Assembly (NCBI RefSeq): GCF_963921235.1
Contig: NC_086108.1
Coordinates: forward strand, 69,070,001-69,134,000
Length of the DNA: 64,000 nucleotides
From: Mobula hypostoma
Lineage: Eukaryota
Direction: 5' to 3'
Position 1 is the first letter of the stretch, and each line of letters begins with the position of its first letter. The notes beneath the pieces are model-generated. The model was not told where the DNA came from and made no database searches. It saw only the letters and a list, made by a program, of their open reading frames with translations. The position numbers and the translations under genes were made by a program. Shown one piece after another: positions 25,420-38,604 of this stretch.

Positions 25420-26920
25420 GTACAACGATATAGGAGAGAGGGTCTGATATGCAGGGTCCACTGTGCAAGATCAATGGAAAGTTGTAAACTCATCCAGTCC
25501 ATCACGGGCACTAGCCTCTCCGGCATTGAAAACATCTACAAAAGACAATACCTCAGAAAGGCAACATCTATCATTAAGGACCCTCATCATCCAACATCTC
25601 TTCTCTTTGCTTCTTCCCCTCCTTTTGCTTCTTCCCCTCCATCAGATTATTGAATAGACAATGAACTCAAGTACATTACCTCACTTTTTTTTGCTCTGTT
25701 TTTGTACGACTTATTTGGTTTAATACAAATATATCTTATTGTAATTTATAGCTTCTTACTAGACCGTTGGTGCACCCTTTGAGAGAAGGGTAGTGCAGTC
25801 TGATGTGACCAGAATGAATATTAAATTTTCCTGAATGCTATTGGTATCGCCTTGCTTTGGAAACTGAAGTAGAAAACCTCAGTTTATTAAAGAAGAACGA
25901 CACATAGCAAAGCAAATATAGCTGCTCCTCATTTAATGAAGGACACTTTTGATGGCATTATTTCTGGTTTAGCTGCCACCCTTGTGCCTCTTGTTGTCAT
26001 TCTGGAGACATGCAGCCCTTTCATCCCCTGTCTCTTCATCTCTTCTGCTGTTTGTTGTTTGTCTCTGATCCTGGAGACGTGCATGCCTCTCCTCCTCAGT
26101 CTCTTCTTCTCTCATCTTTTTTTGTCCTTACTCTTTGATCCTGGAGCCCTGTGGCCCTGGCCTCATCCAATTCTTGTTCTCTCCCTCTCCTTGCCACTTC
26201 CCAACAACATTTGGTGTCATCTCTTGACCATAATGTCCCCCTTCCCTTTCCACGCGGCATAATTAGGCTGACCACTTTTTTCCCCTAATGCTGGATAGAA
26301 GATACGAAGCAGTAACACCAAAGGATGCTGATTATTCTTGATGATGTGGTTGGCGCTCTCCTAAATGGACGTGATATAGTCACCGCTGTCCTTTGACTGC
26401 AGCAAAGGGTTTAATGGGTGTCTCGAAGTACGTAATTACAATAAGACTTAATTATCTCTTATTGATGGGTGGCAGTTAGATCTTTCCCAATCCTGCACAT
26501 GCTGATGGTGGGGATTAGCAGAATGTGACCCCATGAAATAGAGCTGCCCTGCCCTTTTGCTCTGGTAGGTGTTGCTGCTGAGGCTGGCCGTGCACATGCG
26601 TCGGGCTGTCGCATCCCAATTTCCATGATGGCCGATCAGGTCTCAGGTTAAAAGGGAGCCTGTTTATTTTGGCGAATGAGCAATTTTATATGAATATATA
26701 ACCCTGAACTTTCCCTGCATTCTGTAAGTTAGAGCATTTTAATTTGATTTATCCAAAAAAAGTGCCGCTGTAATGCACCGTTTGCGCTAATTGGAGGTCA
26801 CAAACAGACAGAGAGACAGACAGAACATGAGAGTTTTAGCAGTATATAGATATTGTGTATTGCAATGTACTGCTGCCATAAAACAACAAATTTCATGACA
26901 TATGCCAGTGATTCTGATAC
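25420..26920 (+). mobile_element. Rex-type LINE 3' fragment split by a Helitron
   Basis: 3'UTR reads continuously when 25759-26850 is removed (..gcttctta|tattgtgtattgcaatgtactgctgcc..), resembling the copy at ~3700-3790. Confidence 0.75.
25759..26850 (-). mobile_element. Non-autonomous Helitron (1092 bp) with STPR-repeat relic
   Basis: Minus strand begins TCTATATACTG, ends hairpin (ccctt..aaggg) + CTAG; inserted between host A and T with no TSD; frameshifted ORF 26260-25969 with 23-codon repeats. Confidence 0.9.
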
Positions 26921-27074
26921 TGTAATAGAATTTAGGTTGGCATGGCAACCAATATTAAGCAATCTGCTTTTTGTTGGAATAGCTTAATAAGGAATTAGAA
27001 CTGGAAGTGTGGTTAAGATCATTTAATACATGATTCACTAACAAAAGTGATTGCAAATCAAAATTAAACATAGT

Positions 27075-27335
27075 CAGGTGACACAGAGATGCAACAGTTA
27101 GTGTTGTTGCCTCACAGTACCTGAAACCAGATGCCAACCCTGACCTGAGGGGCTGTCTATATGGAGTTTGCACATTCTTTCTGTCACCACATGGGGTTTA
27201 TCTGAACACTTCAGTTTCCTCCTGCATGTCAAAGGGGTGCAGGCTGATAGGTAAACTGGCTACTATCAATTGTCCCCAGTGTAACTAGGTGGCAGGTGCT
27301 TGTGGAGAGAGTTGATGAGGATGTGAGAGGAAAAC
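27075..27335 (+). mobile_element. Old V-SINE (HE1-like)
   Basis: gcctcacag head; tggagtttgcacattct..cagtttcctcc V-domain. Confidence 0.7.
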
Positions 27336-27789
27336 TGGGTTGAGATAGATGATTGTTGCTGCAGATAGGGTGAGCTAATGGGGTGTAACACTCTTCAGTT
27401 AATATTACGGCTTTCATTGAAGGAAGGAGTTGTGGGCTGGAGTCTAATATTGTATGGGAAATACAGTGGTTTCTCCACAGACACGTCATTGTCAATTTGC
27501 TCTGATGAGTAGATCATCAGCACAACCAGGTTCTTGTTCACTGCTTGTAAAATGATGGAAATTTCAGGATGTAAACTATTCTTGGCACCATGGCACAGGG
27601 CTCTTTAAACTGTGGAGGAAGTGGGAGTAAAGAGAAATGTCACATTCCTTGGAGTATGAAATTAGGAGAACTGGATAAGTAAATAGGCAACTCTGACATT
27701 TATTCCTGCTACAGCTCTGTCTTTGTGCCTATTATTTTGGCAAGGTGTCCTTGTCCTCCTCTCATTACCCTTTCTCCTGTCTCCAAAAC

Positions 27790-28720
27790 TTTTCTTCCAT
27801 TTAAACACCCTCCTTCTGGTCTTTTACCCTCTCTCAACCTTTTGATTTCCAATTATGAATACGACATCAACCACCTTGACCTCTCTACTCCCCTCACCTG
27901 CAGCAGACTCACCCCGTCCAAAAATGCAATTTACCCTGCAGTTGTAGAAGACGTAACACTCTTCCCTCATCACCATCCAGGGATACAAACAATCCTTCCA
28001 GGTGGGCAGAGATTCACACACACCTCATCCAACCTTCTTTATAGCATATGGAGTTCTCATTGTGGACTTGTGCACACTGGTGAGTCCAAGCGCAGAATCA
28101 GTGACCAATTTACTGTGCATCTACACATTCTTTGCAATGGCTGTCTGAAATTCTCCATCTGCAAGCTCTTTTAATTCTCCTTCCCATTCCCACTCTGTCC
28201 TTAGCTTCCTCCACTGCCAGGATGAGGCCAGATGCCATCTGGAAGATCAGTGCCTTATAATATGTCCAGGTAGTCTATAACCAACATGAATTCTATAATT
28301 TCAGGTTCAAACCTGCTTCTTCTCGGTCCCTTCTTCTCTCCTGATCTGCCCAGGTCCCTCACATACACCTTTCTTCTTAACCACCTACTCCTCACCAGCT
28401 GCCTCCTATCACCCAGTTTCTTTCTCCATTTTGCCTGTTGCCCATCCCTCCCATTTGGTTCCATACTGCAGTCTTTTGTTATCCCCACTTAATACCTCCC
28501 ATTCTCTGCGGCAATCTGTACCATTCCCTCCCCCATCTGACTCCATCTGCCAATCAGCTCCTTCTCTGCAGGATCCAGCTCCACCCCTCCCTCTTACCAG
28601 TTTATACTGACTATTTCCCTACTGCCCTTTCAGTCCAGTTGAAGGGCTTTAACATGAAACACTGACTGTCCATTTCCTTCCACAGATTCCACCTGACCCA
28701 CTTAGTTCTTCCAGCAGCGC
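27790..28720 (+). mobile_element. Old Penelope-like fragment
   Basis: QRFTHTSSNLLYSIWSSHCGLVHTGESKRRISDQFTVH degenerate GIY-YIG; pyrimidine-rich 3' region; decayed pLTR. Confidence 0.8.
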
Positions 28721-28888
28721 TTTTTTGGGCATTGATTCCTCTAATTCATGCGGCACTGCTCTCAAAATTTCAGGGACCAGTGGTGGAGGACTGCTAAGCA
28801 AAAAGGAAGAAAAAATTGACAGTGAGGTAAACTGCAGAGAATATCAAAAACAAACAGTAAGAACTTCCATTGACAGATGAAATGCAAG

Positions 28889-29180
28889 ATTTTAGATTTT
28901 GAGAACACTCAGTGCTCTTTTATTGTCATTTAGAAATGCATACATGCATTAAGAAATGATACAATGCTCCTCCAGAGTGATATCACAGAAAACAGGACAA
29001 ACCAAAGACTAACACTGACAGAACCACATAATTATAACATATACTGTAGTTACAGCAGTGCAAAACAATACCATAATTTGATAAAGAACAGACCATGGGC
29101 ACGGTAAAAAAAAGTCTCAAGTCCCGATTCACTCCTGAGTCCCCGATAGCAGGCGGCAAAAGGGAGAAACTCCCTGCCAT
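28889..29180 (-). mobile_element. LINE-like 3'UTR fragment
   Basis: Minus strand ends ..aaatgacaataaaaagag.., resembling the Rex-type tail at 59220. Confidence 0.5.
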
Positions 29181-29314
29181 AAGAGGGTAGTGAAGGTAAG
29201 TGAGGGTCCTCTAGAGTGTAAGGAATTAAACAAGAAAATAGTAGATAAGGTAAACCAAAATATTCTTCCAATCTTCATCTTGAGGTAGAAGATACAGTGA
29301 ACAGCCCAAAGAAC

Positions 29315-32300
29315 TTCATCAAGGCCTTTGACAAGGTCCTGCATGGGAGGTTGGTCTAGAAGGTTCAGTCACTTGGTATTCAGGTTGAGGTAGCAAATTG
29401 TAAAATCTGCCCCCAATCATCCACAGAAATGGTAAGCCCCAATTCCTGTTCCCAATCTACCCTAATCTTATCAAATGGAGCTTTCCTAAGTTTCATAATA
29501 ATATTATAAATCATAGCCGATGCACCTTTCTGACATGGATTGAGGTTAATTATCGAATCTAAAATATATGTAGGAGGAAGCATTGGAAAGGAAGAAAGTA
29601 TAGTACTTAGGAAATTTCTAACTTGTAAATATCTAAAAAAATGTATTCTTGATAAGTTATATTTATTAGATAATTGTTCAAAAGACATAAGGGAACCATC
29701 TAAAAATAAATCCAAAAACCGTAAAATACCCTTAGTCTTCCAAGTTTGAAAAGCGCGATCCGTAAAAGAGGGAGGAAAAAATATGTTACCTAAAATAGGA
29801 ATCGCTAACCCGAATTGATTAAGATCAAAAAATTTTCTGAATTGAAACCAAATGCGCAAAGCATATTTAACTATCGGGTTAGACACCTGCTTAAGGCGTT
29901 TCAAATCAAAAGGGAGAGAGGAGCCTAAAATAGAGCCAAGTGTATAACCCTGAACAGATTGTAGTTCCAATGCTACCCATTTAGGAATAGATAGTATATC
30001 CTGATCAAGTAACCAAAATTTCATATGTCGAATATTAATAGCCCAATAATAGAATCTAAAGTTAGGTAATGCTAAACCTCCATCTCTCTTAGCTTTCTGT
30101 AAATGTATTTTACCCAGTCTCGGATTCTTATTCTGCCAAATAAATGAAGAAATTTTAGAGTCAACTTTATCAAAGAAAGATTTTGGAACAAAAATTGGTA
30201 ATGCCTGAAACACATATAAAAATTTTGGCAAAAAAAACATCTTAACTGCATTAATACGACCAATCAAAGTTAAATATAAGGGAAACCATTTAGATGAAAG
30301 TTGAGTAATATGGTCTATTAATGGTAAAAAGTTAATCTTAAATAAATCTTTATATTTACAAGTAATTTTAATCCCAAGATAAGAAAAATAGTTATCAATC
30401 AATTTAAATGGAAATTTATAATATAAGGGAAGATGTTTATTAATCGGAAAGAGTTCACTCTTACTAAGATTTAATTTATAACCTGAAAAAAAACCAAATT
30501 GTGCTAATAACTCTAAAACAGCAGGAATGGATTTCTCAGGATTAGAAATATATAAAAGTAAATCATCAGCATAAAGTGATAATTTATGGGACTTTAATCC
30601 CCGAGTTATCCCAGTAATATTTGAAGATTCTCAAATGGCAATTGCAAGAGGTTCTAATGCAATATCAAATAATAGGGGACTAAGAGGACAGCCTTGTCGA
30701 GTACCTCGAAAGAGAGGAAAAAAAGGTGAGTTTAAAGAGTTAGTACAGACCGAGGCTACAGGGGAATGATATAACAGTTTAATCCAGGATATAAATTTCA
30801 AGCTAAAATTAAACATTTCAAGCACCTTAAATAAATAAGGCCATTCTACTCTATCAAAAGCTTTCTCGGCGTCTAAAGAAATAACACACTCAGGAACATT
30901 TTGTGAGGGAGTATAAACGATATTTAACAATGTACGAATATTATAAAAAGAGTAACGACCTTTAATAAAACCCGTTTGGTCTTCCGAAATAATAGAAGGA
31001 AGTACTTTTTCTAGTCTATTTGCTAATAACTTAGAAAAAACTTTAGAATCAACATTTAATAAAGATATTGGTCTATAAGATGCACATTGAGCAGGGTCTT
31101 TATCCTTCTTTAGTATTAAAGAGATTGACGCTCTATTAAAAGATTCAGGAAGTTTACCAAGTTTCAGAGAAGCCTCAAAAACCCTACAGAGCCAAGGGAT
31201 CAATAAAGAAGCAAAACATTTATAAAATTCAACGGTAAACCCATCCGGGCCAGGAGCTTTCCCCAAATTCATAGAAAAAATAACATTCTTAATCTCATCC
31301 ATAGTAATGGAAGTACCTAATATAGAAGACATATCCTGTGAAATCTGAGGGAAGTCTAACTTATCTAAAAAATCATTCATATATTTAGAATCTCGAGGAG
31401 ACTCTGATTGATATAAAGAAGAATAAAAATCACAAAAGGTTTGATTAATCCCCACATGATCCAGTATCAATCGATCATTTTGGTTATAAATCTGATGGAT
31501 TTGAGATTTAACATAATTAGATTTCAATTGATTAGCCAGCAGCTTGCCAATTTTGTCACTGTGAACATAAAATTCACTTCTTGTTTTCTTTAATTGGTTT
31601 ACAATCGAGGACGAGAGTAGTAAACTGTGTTCCATTTAAAGTTCAGTTCTTTGTTTGTATAACTCCTCAGAAGGAGCCATAACATATTTCTTATCAATTT
31701 CTTTAATCTTGTCCACAATTGCCATCTCCTCCTGCTTCTGTTTCTTCCTCAAAGCAGCAGAATACGAAATAATCTGACCACGAATAATACTTCCTCTATT
31801 TGTGCTAAACATTCCCTAATTCAATTTAAAGTGGTTCATAGAGCACATATGTCCAAAGATAAGTTAGCGCGTTTTTACTCGCATATTAATCCTTTTTGTG
31901 ATAGATGTTCGGGGCAGATAGCCTCTTTAACTCATATGTTTTGGTCTTGCCCTACTTTGGAAACTTTTTGGAGAGATATTTTTAATATTATTTCTAAGGT
32001 ATTAAATATAGATATCTCTCCTCACCCTATTACTGCTATCTTTGGACTACCTAAAATTTCTAGTAATCTTTCCCCTTCAGCCCGTAGAATGATTGCATTT
32101 CTTACTTTAATGGCAAAAAGATGTATTTTACAACATTGGAAAGAGCTTAATGCTCCAACTACCTTTTTTTGGTTCTCTCAGACGATTTTATGTTTGAATC
32201 TGGAGAAAATTAGAAGTAACCTTTATGATTCTTCATTTAAATTTGAACAGATTTGGGGACCTTTTATTCGATATTTTCATTTAATGTAATATATACCCTT

Positions 32301-33620
32301 CTTGTTTTTTTTTCACTGTTTTTAATGGAGGTCAGGATTGAGGACGTGATTTTAAGTTTAACTCTGTTTGGTTTCAAGTTAGCCCATTGCTTTGCTTTGC
32401 TTTTAGTTAGTTGCACGGTGGTTTTTTTTTTCTTTTTTTCTATTGATATATATAAAATTTAGTATACTATTATGTTATCTTGGTTTCTTATGTTTAAATT
32501 ACATTGTTTGTAGTATTTTTTTTTGGTATTGATACCTTCTGGAATTTTATTATATTTTAACATTGTATTAATGTTTATATGGCTTACCTTTTTGTATACT
32601 TATTCAATAAAAAGATTTAAAAAGAAAAAGAGGTAGCAAATTGAATTAGACATTGACTTCACAGGAAAAACCAGAGAGTGGTAGTAGATGGCTGTCTCTC
32701 CGACTGGAGGCATCTGACCAGGGGTATGCCGAAGGATCAGTGTTGGGTCCATTGTTATTTACCATCCAGATCATTGTTGTAAATGACAATGTGGATGATC
32801 TGAATCAGCAAATTTGCAGATGACACCAAGACTGGGGGCATACTGGACAGCGAGGAAGACCATCAATGCTTGTATCGGGATCTGGACCAGTTGGGAAAAT
32901 GGAGGTTAATTCAGACAAGTGTGAGGTGGTGCACTTTGAGAAGATCAAACATAGTAGTTCTATGGTGAGTAGTAAGACACAGAGGAGAGCGAAAGAGCAG
33001 AGGGATCTGAGAATACAGATCTGTAACTGTTCGAAAGTGACATCACAGGTAGATAAGGTCATAAAGAGACCTTTTTGTACATTGGTATTCATGAATCAAA
33101 GTACTGAGTATGTGAGTTGGGATATTATGTTAATGTATAGGATGATGCTGAGGCTTAATTTGGAGTACTGTGTGCAGTTCTAGTTGCCTACCTAAAGGAA
33201 AGATATCAATAAAATTGAAAGAGTGCAGAGAAAATTTACAAGGATGTTGCTAGGCCTTGAGGACATGAGTTATAGGGAAAAGTTGAATAGTTTAGGACTT
33301 TATTCTTCAAAGCATAGAAGACTGAGGTATGAGATAGAGTAAATGCAAGCTTTTTCCAATGAAGTTGGGTGAGACTAGAAATGGAGATCATAGCATAAGG
33401 GTGAAAGGTGAAATATTTAAGGGGAACATGAGGAGGATCTTCTTCACTCAGAGGGTGGTGAGTGTGTGGAACAAGCTGCCAGCAGAAGTGGTGGACATGG
33501 GTTTGATTTCAACATCTGAGAAATTTAGCTATGTACATGAATGGGAGGGGTATAGAGTGCGATGGTGCAGCTGCAGTTCAAGGGACTAGATGGGCTGAAG
33601 GGCCTCCTTCTCTGTTGCAG
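29315..33620 (+). mobile_element. CR1 RT fragment, host of the L1 insertion (29315-29400 + 32644-33620)
   Basis: KAFDKV.HGRLV.KVQSLGIQ.EVAN continues after the insertion into RVVVDG, KFADD, LEYCVQF. Confidence 0.9.
29401..32629. mobile_element. Young L1-clade LINE, 5'-truncated with 5' inversion (29401-~31785 minus; ~31786-32629 plus)
   Basis: RT motifs KAPGPDGF, YRPISLLN, SLDAEKAFD, GTRQGCPLSP, YADD; CCHC finger CDRC..HMFWSC; aataaa + A-rich tail; 14-bp TSD gaggtagcaaattg. Confidence 0.95.
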
Positions 33621-35029
33621 CATTCTGTGACTACAGATCTTGCAACTGACACAGCAGAGAAGAAAAATCAAGGGAGGACTGCAGTTTCAGTCACTCATTG
33701 GCAGAGATGGGAAGATAGAAACAAAGTGTTAATTTTGTGACACGGTGAAATATCAGCAACCCAAATGCCGTGCAGCATCAATCACATTCATTTCAATAGG
33801 GAGGGAAATAAGTTCACCTTTATAACAATTTTGCAAAATTCTTTACAAATTCATCCACCAGGCTCTTCACATGTAGAAACAGTTGGCGGAATCATGGGTG
33901 AGGACTCCTCAGCGCCATCAATTTGTTTGTAGGGCAGTGTCACTTGCATTTATAAACTGTTGCAGTTTGGGGAAATCAGTAGGGCAGAAACTAGTTTTAA
34001 CTTTACATCTCATACTGCCAAAATGCTGGATCTAGTGCAGATAGTAGAGCCAGGTGGGTGCAATGGAATGAGTAGGTATCCTCCTCAAGGTTCTGCAGGA
34101 CTGAACAGAAATGATCCACCCAATCACCGAACATTGACAGACTGTATGATGTACCAACAGACCTGAATACATTGACCACGACCACAGGGAGAATCAAGGT
34201 ATGCGGTTTAAGTAAAAATGGATTCATTCATGTCATGCGGCAGTGTTCATAAATTCTCCTTGTATGAGTGGAGAATTCCTTGGAATACCCAATACAGCAG
34301 TTATGAGTTCTGCTGCCTTTGAACTTGGCTACATAGACTCTGTATATCATCATATCTGCCAAATGAGGAGGAGTCTGGGCGGCATTAAATCTGCTCCAAA
34401 GTGCTCTCAGCAGAATGGTAGCAATTAAGCGTGCTGGGCCATGATAAAGATATTGAAAAGGGATATGGAAATAGGATCTCTGTACAAAGTGCTTCCAGTT
34501 TATTCTCATTGGAATTCCTTTTTTCCTCAATGGTTGTATTCCTCTGATTTATACTACATCTGTATGACACTGCAGGGTAGTAAGATTTACTTTCTACAGA
34601 AGAAAAGTACAGGGAAAAAAATCTACTTCATATAATTCCTATCAGGAGTCAGACAGTTACTTCTATCCAGCAATGCTTCACTGTTGTTAGGGTCGTCCCT
34701 GTTAATGCATCAGTTAGCTTGTCTTAGTGATGAAAACTTAGAAGCACATGCAGCAACAGTTCTTCTTTCTTCCCTGATGCTGTAACAAAGGTGTCCAATA
34801 AGGAAGCAAACACCCCTTACCTTCACAATAGCCCCTTCTTGTTAAATTAGGTCATCTTATTCATACTAAAACTTAGAGCAATCCCACCTGACATCCATCT
34901 AATTGTCTTTATTGACCTATTGTTTTCATTTCTGATTTCAACTTGTCACATTCAACCAAAAGTTCCTACAAAGGACTGTGAGAACAACCAAGGGGAACTT
35001 AGGAGTCTCCCTAACATCCATTTATCAGG

Positions 35030-35450
35030 AGCACTGCGTACGCAGGGCCCTTAGTATTATTCGCCATCTGCCCATTCATCCAGCATCCTCTGTGACTTTC
35101 TACCATCAGGCAGGAGACTATGATGCATAAAAACAAGAACGGTCAGGATGAGCAACAGTTTCTTCCCCCAGGCCATTAGGATTCTGAACTCTCTGCCAAA
35201 TCATATTCAAAGTGTCAATGGTTAATCAGTTCCCGTACAATATTAATGCACTTTAGTTTGTTATTTATGTGTGATTCATCTGTAGATTTTATCCTTACCT
35301 TCATAAGTTATCGTGTGTTCTGTGTCTTATGTGTACGACTGTGCTTTACACCCTGGTTCAGAGAAACACAGTCTCATTTCTATTTACATTATATGACTAT
35401 ATATGTAATGTACATGAATATAGTTAAATGACATAAACTTGACTTGACAA
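35030..35450 (+). mobile_element. Rex-type LINE 3' fragment
   Basis: LPSGRRL..NSFFPQAIRILN remnant; (cttga)n tail. Confidence 0.75.
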
Positions 35451-38400
35451 TATCTTTTCCTAGCAGATTTTTTTATAATGAAATTAGAAATCTACTCTAC
35501 CCATTGGCCAAGACCTAAAACAACTTGTTCCATAAGTAGTCCTTTGGGATATTGCTCAGAATGTGTTCAATGAATTCTTCCAAATGTCCTATACAACTTC
35601 TGTTATTTCTCTAATCCAACCAAAGATCAAAGTCACTAACAATAACCTGATTGCACTTGCAACATATTCATCTGATTTATACTACATCAGGGCATCTGCT
35701 GTTGATGGGCTTGCCAATGTTTTTATCACGTCATATCTACTCTGACTAGAATTCTACTTCCTGGTTTTCTAGCCCTAGATTATTTCTTACTACAGTAGTT
35801 TTATTATCCTTAAAGATAAAGTTAGTGACATAAATATGAAATTAAGGTTAAAATTAGAGTTTAAACATTTAAACATAGAACTTAAACAATTACCTTGGGA
35901 TTAATTTCCACATATAAAACGATCCTTTTAGGGCCTCAGTGTCTGTTTAGTAATAATTATTGCCTATTGTGCCATTATACCTCATTCAATTTACTCATAT
36001 TTTGCAGCAATGATTGTACGCAGAATATTGAAGCCCTGGTCAATTAAGTGGCTTAGTAAAATGCAGCCATAAGGTCCTCAAAAGTACCTCAATATGGAGG
36101 AGTGAGTTACCACCCGCAGTGATTTCTGGGTTTCTATATTTAACCATGTGTATTCAGCAAAGGATTTGCTAACAGTTTAACAGAGAAATGCTGGTAATTG
36201 CTGACTGTTTTGCTTTCCTCACAGCTGTAAAACTTAGCCATAACTCCAGTTACAGAAAAATACCATTTACACTTTTATGCACATCATAATCATCAGGGTT
36301 TTACTAGAAAGAATACTTAACAGGCTTATGAGAAAATAAGATGGCAGATGGAAACATTGATGTAAAAGTAAATTTAAAGTACAGCATGTGGTTTGGTTGC
36401 CTTTAGCTGCTTCATGATAATTTTGAAAAATTCAGGATATTTGAATTTCTTACCTGAGCCATTTAGTCACATTGCACAATTGTTTCTGCAATAGATACAT
36501 TTTATTTGAGCCTACAAATTTAACACAATAAATGTAGATAGCCTCACTGTTTATTGGCATATTAGAATAGTGTAGGCCTCATTGGACTGTTGGCAAAATA
36601 AGTACATGTGTAAGGTAAACTGAAGTTTGGTTTCAGAGGGAGTCACTTTCAGTGCAAACACATCTTCAATGAAGTCGTAATGGCAGAGTGTAGAGAATTC
36701 TGTGCCCTGTGTTGATTTACAGTAGATTGAAACTGCCTCCAACAAAGAAGTAATACCTTCAAAAACAGTACTGTTTTTGATGTGCAATTGAAAGTCCCTG
36801 TGACCTTTGTGAGAACTGTATCTCATGCCAGCAGCAGTCAACTATGAACCAGGTCTCTGTTCAAAAGAATAGCAGATGTTGACAAATGACACCTCACTGT
36901 TATCGCTGCTTGCAGGAGTGAAACTGTAATTGAGAAGATAATATAAATAATTAGTGTGGAACTGTAACACTGTATATCATAAAATGTTTGTTGGAAACTT
37001 AATTTTTTATGTTCAGTATCTTAATATTAAATGCAAACATGACATCCTTCATCGTTCAGCTTGCTCAACATTCAAAATTGGTAGCAGCTTCAGCATGAGA
37101 GAGTTGTCACACCAATACTGTATGATCTCTAAACAGACAAGGAAAAGGTTTACATAAAAACGGATGCCCACATGAACAGAACTTCCCTCAATGATGTCCT
37201 GATACCAGTTAAATATTTAATGTTAGCTAACAGTTAATAATAGACACAAAAAGTTAGATTGGAATATATTAATTAAAAAAAGACAAGAGCTGATGGTGAT
37301 AAGTCTGCAGTTCAGTTCAATGAGTGGGACACAGCAGGACTTTAAAAATAATTCTTGCACAGAGGTTCTAATCTAGAATTTAATGTCCAAAAAACTGGCA
37401 AAAACAAGGGCCAAATAGAAATTTCAAAGGGGAAATGGATAAGCATTTGAGGGTGAATAATATGCAGTCTGTGGGGAGGAAAAGCAAACAAAATATATTG
37501 CTCCATGATACATCACTGGGTTTGATGGGCCAATGTCCTTCTGTGAAGCTCATTTTGTCATTGTGAGTAATTTGTAACTGCATGGTTAAGTGGTAGAGAT
37601 TGGAAGAGCATTCTGGATTCTTTTCGATATGACCAATAACTTTTACAAGAGCAAATAAGTGCCTATTGTAAATAAATCCTTGGTAGATGCCAATTGGAGG
37701 GCCACCCTTTTGCACTATAGGATTCTTTCATTGGTCCATGTTCGGGAAGTGGCAGCTGATGGAATCTGATTGGAGAGTAGAGTGAACCATGGAGAGTGGA
37801 TAGAAAACTACAGTGGTCCAGCTTTCCCATCACTTTCCCTCTCCCATCTCTCATCTTTCCTGAAAGTGTAAAGATGTACATGAGTACAGTCTAAACATCA
37901 AGGATAACAGCACCGCTGCCCATTCTGCCTCTTGTTGTGTGTCGAGGCACGTAGAAGGAATACCTCTCTCTTAACTTACTAATCACTCCACAGTCATCTG
38001 GAACGATCCTAAGGCCAGGAAGATGGTTCTGACAGTGACCTTAACCTTGACTTGTAAAGCAGTCGAGACACGGATGGAAATCTGTCCCACGTCTTCCATC
38101 AAATCATGTGAGCATCATTTTAAGAAGTTTCAGAATTTTGACATGGCAGAGGAAGTCAATGGAAGTCTCGGTGATGGTTGGAATTAGTTTTAAAATGAGC
38201 AGTCAGCCTTCAGAATGTTATGCAGCAGAATTACAAGCAAGTGTGTGAGTTATCCAGTAAATAACACAGTCACAAAGTAAACAGCATTATGTAAATTTAC
38301 TTGGTCTGTGTGTGGCCAACACTCATCGTGCTTTGGAAGTATATCATAAAACCTCATCTGACACTGTTGAAAAATGGCTTTACATGAGGAAGGTCTAGAA

Positions 38401-38604
38401 GCAGGACTTCAGAAAATACCCACTGAACAACTGGAGTAGCAGAAATGATCAGGAAGTGTTTTTAATCTGTTTCATCATGATTAAAGAGAATTTTCAGAGG
38501 CACACTTCTGAGACCAGTGCTTTTGTTCATTCTCAATAAAACATCTGGCCTTTTCCTCTTGTAGACTTTGTTGTCAATCCAGGGAGAGAAAATTGCAATA
38601 TTTA

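Noticed and set aside
25936..26262. Hydrophobic 108-aa plus-strand ORF resembling a membrane protein
   Set aside because: It is the antisense shadow of the charged STPR repeat in the Helitron
33960..34530. ORF cluster in unique-looking sequence
   Set aside because: No recognisable motifs or coherent splice frame
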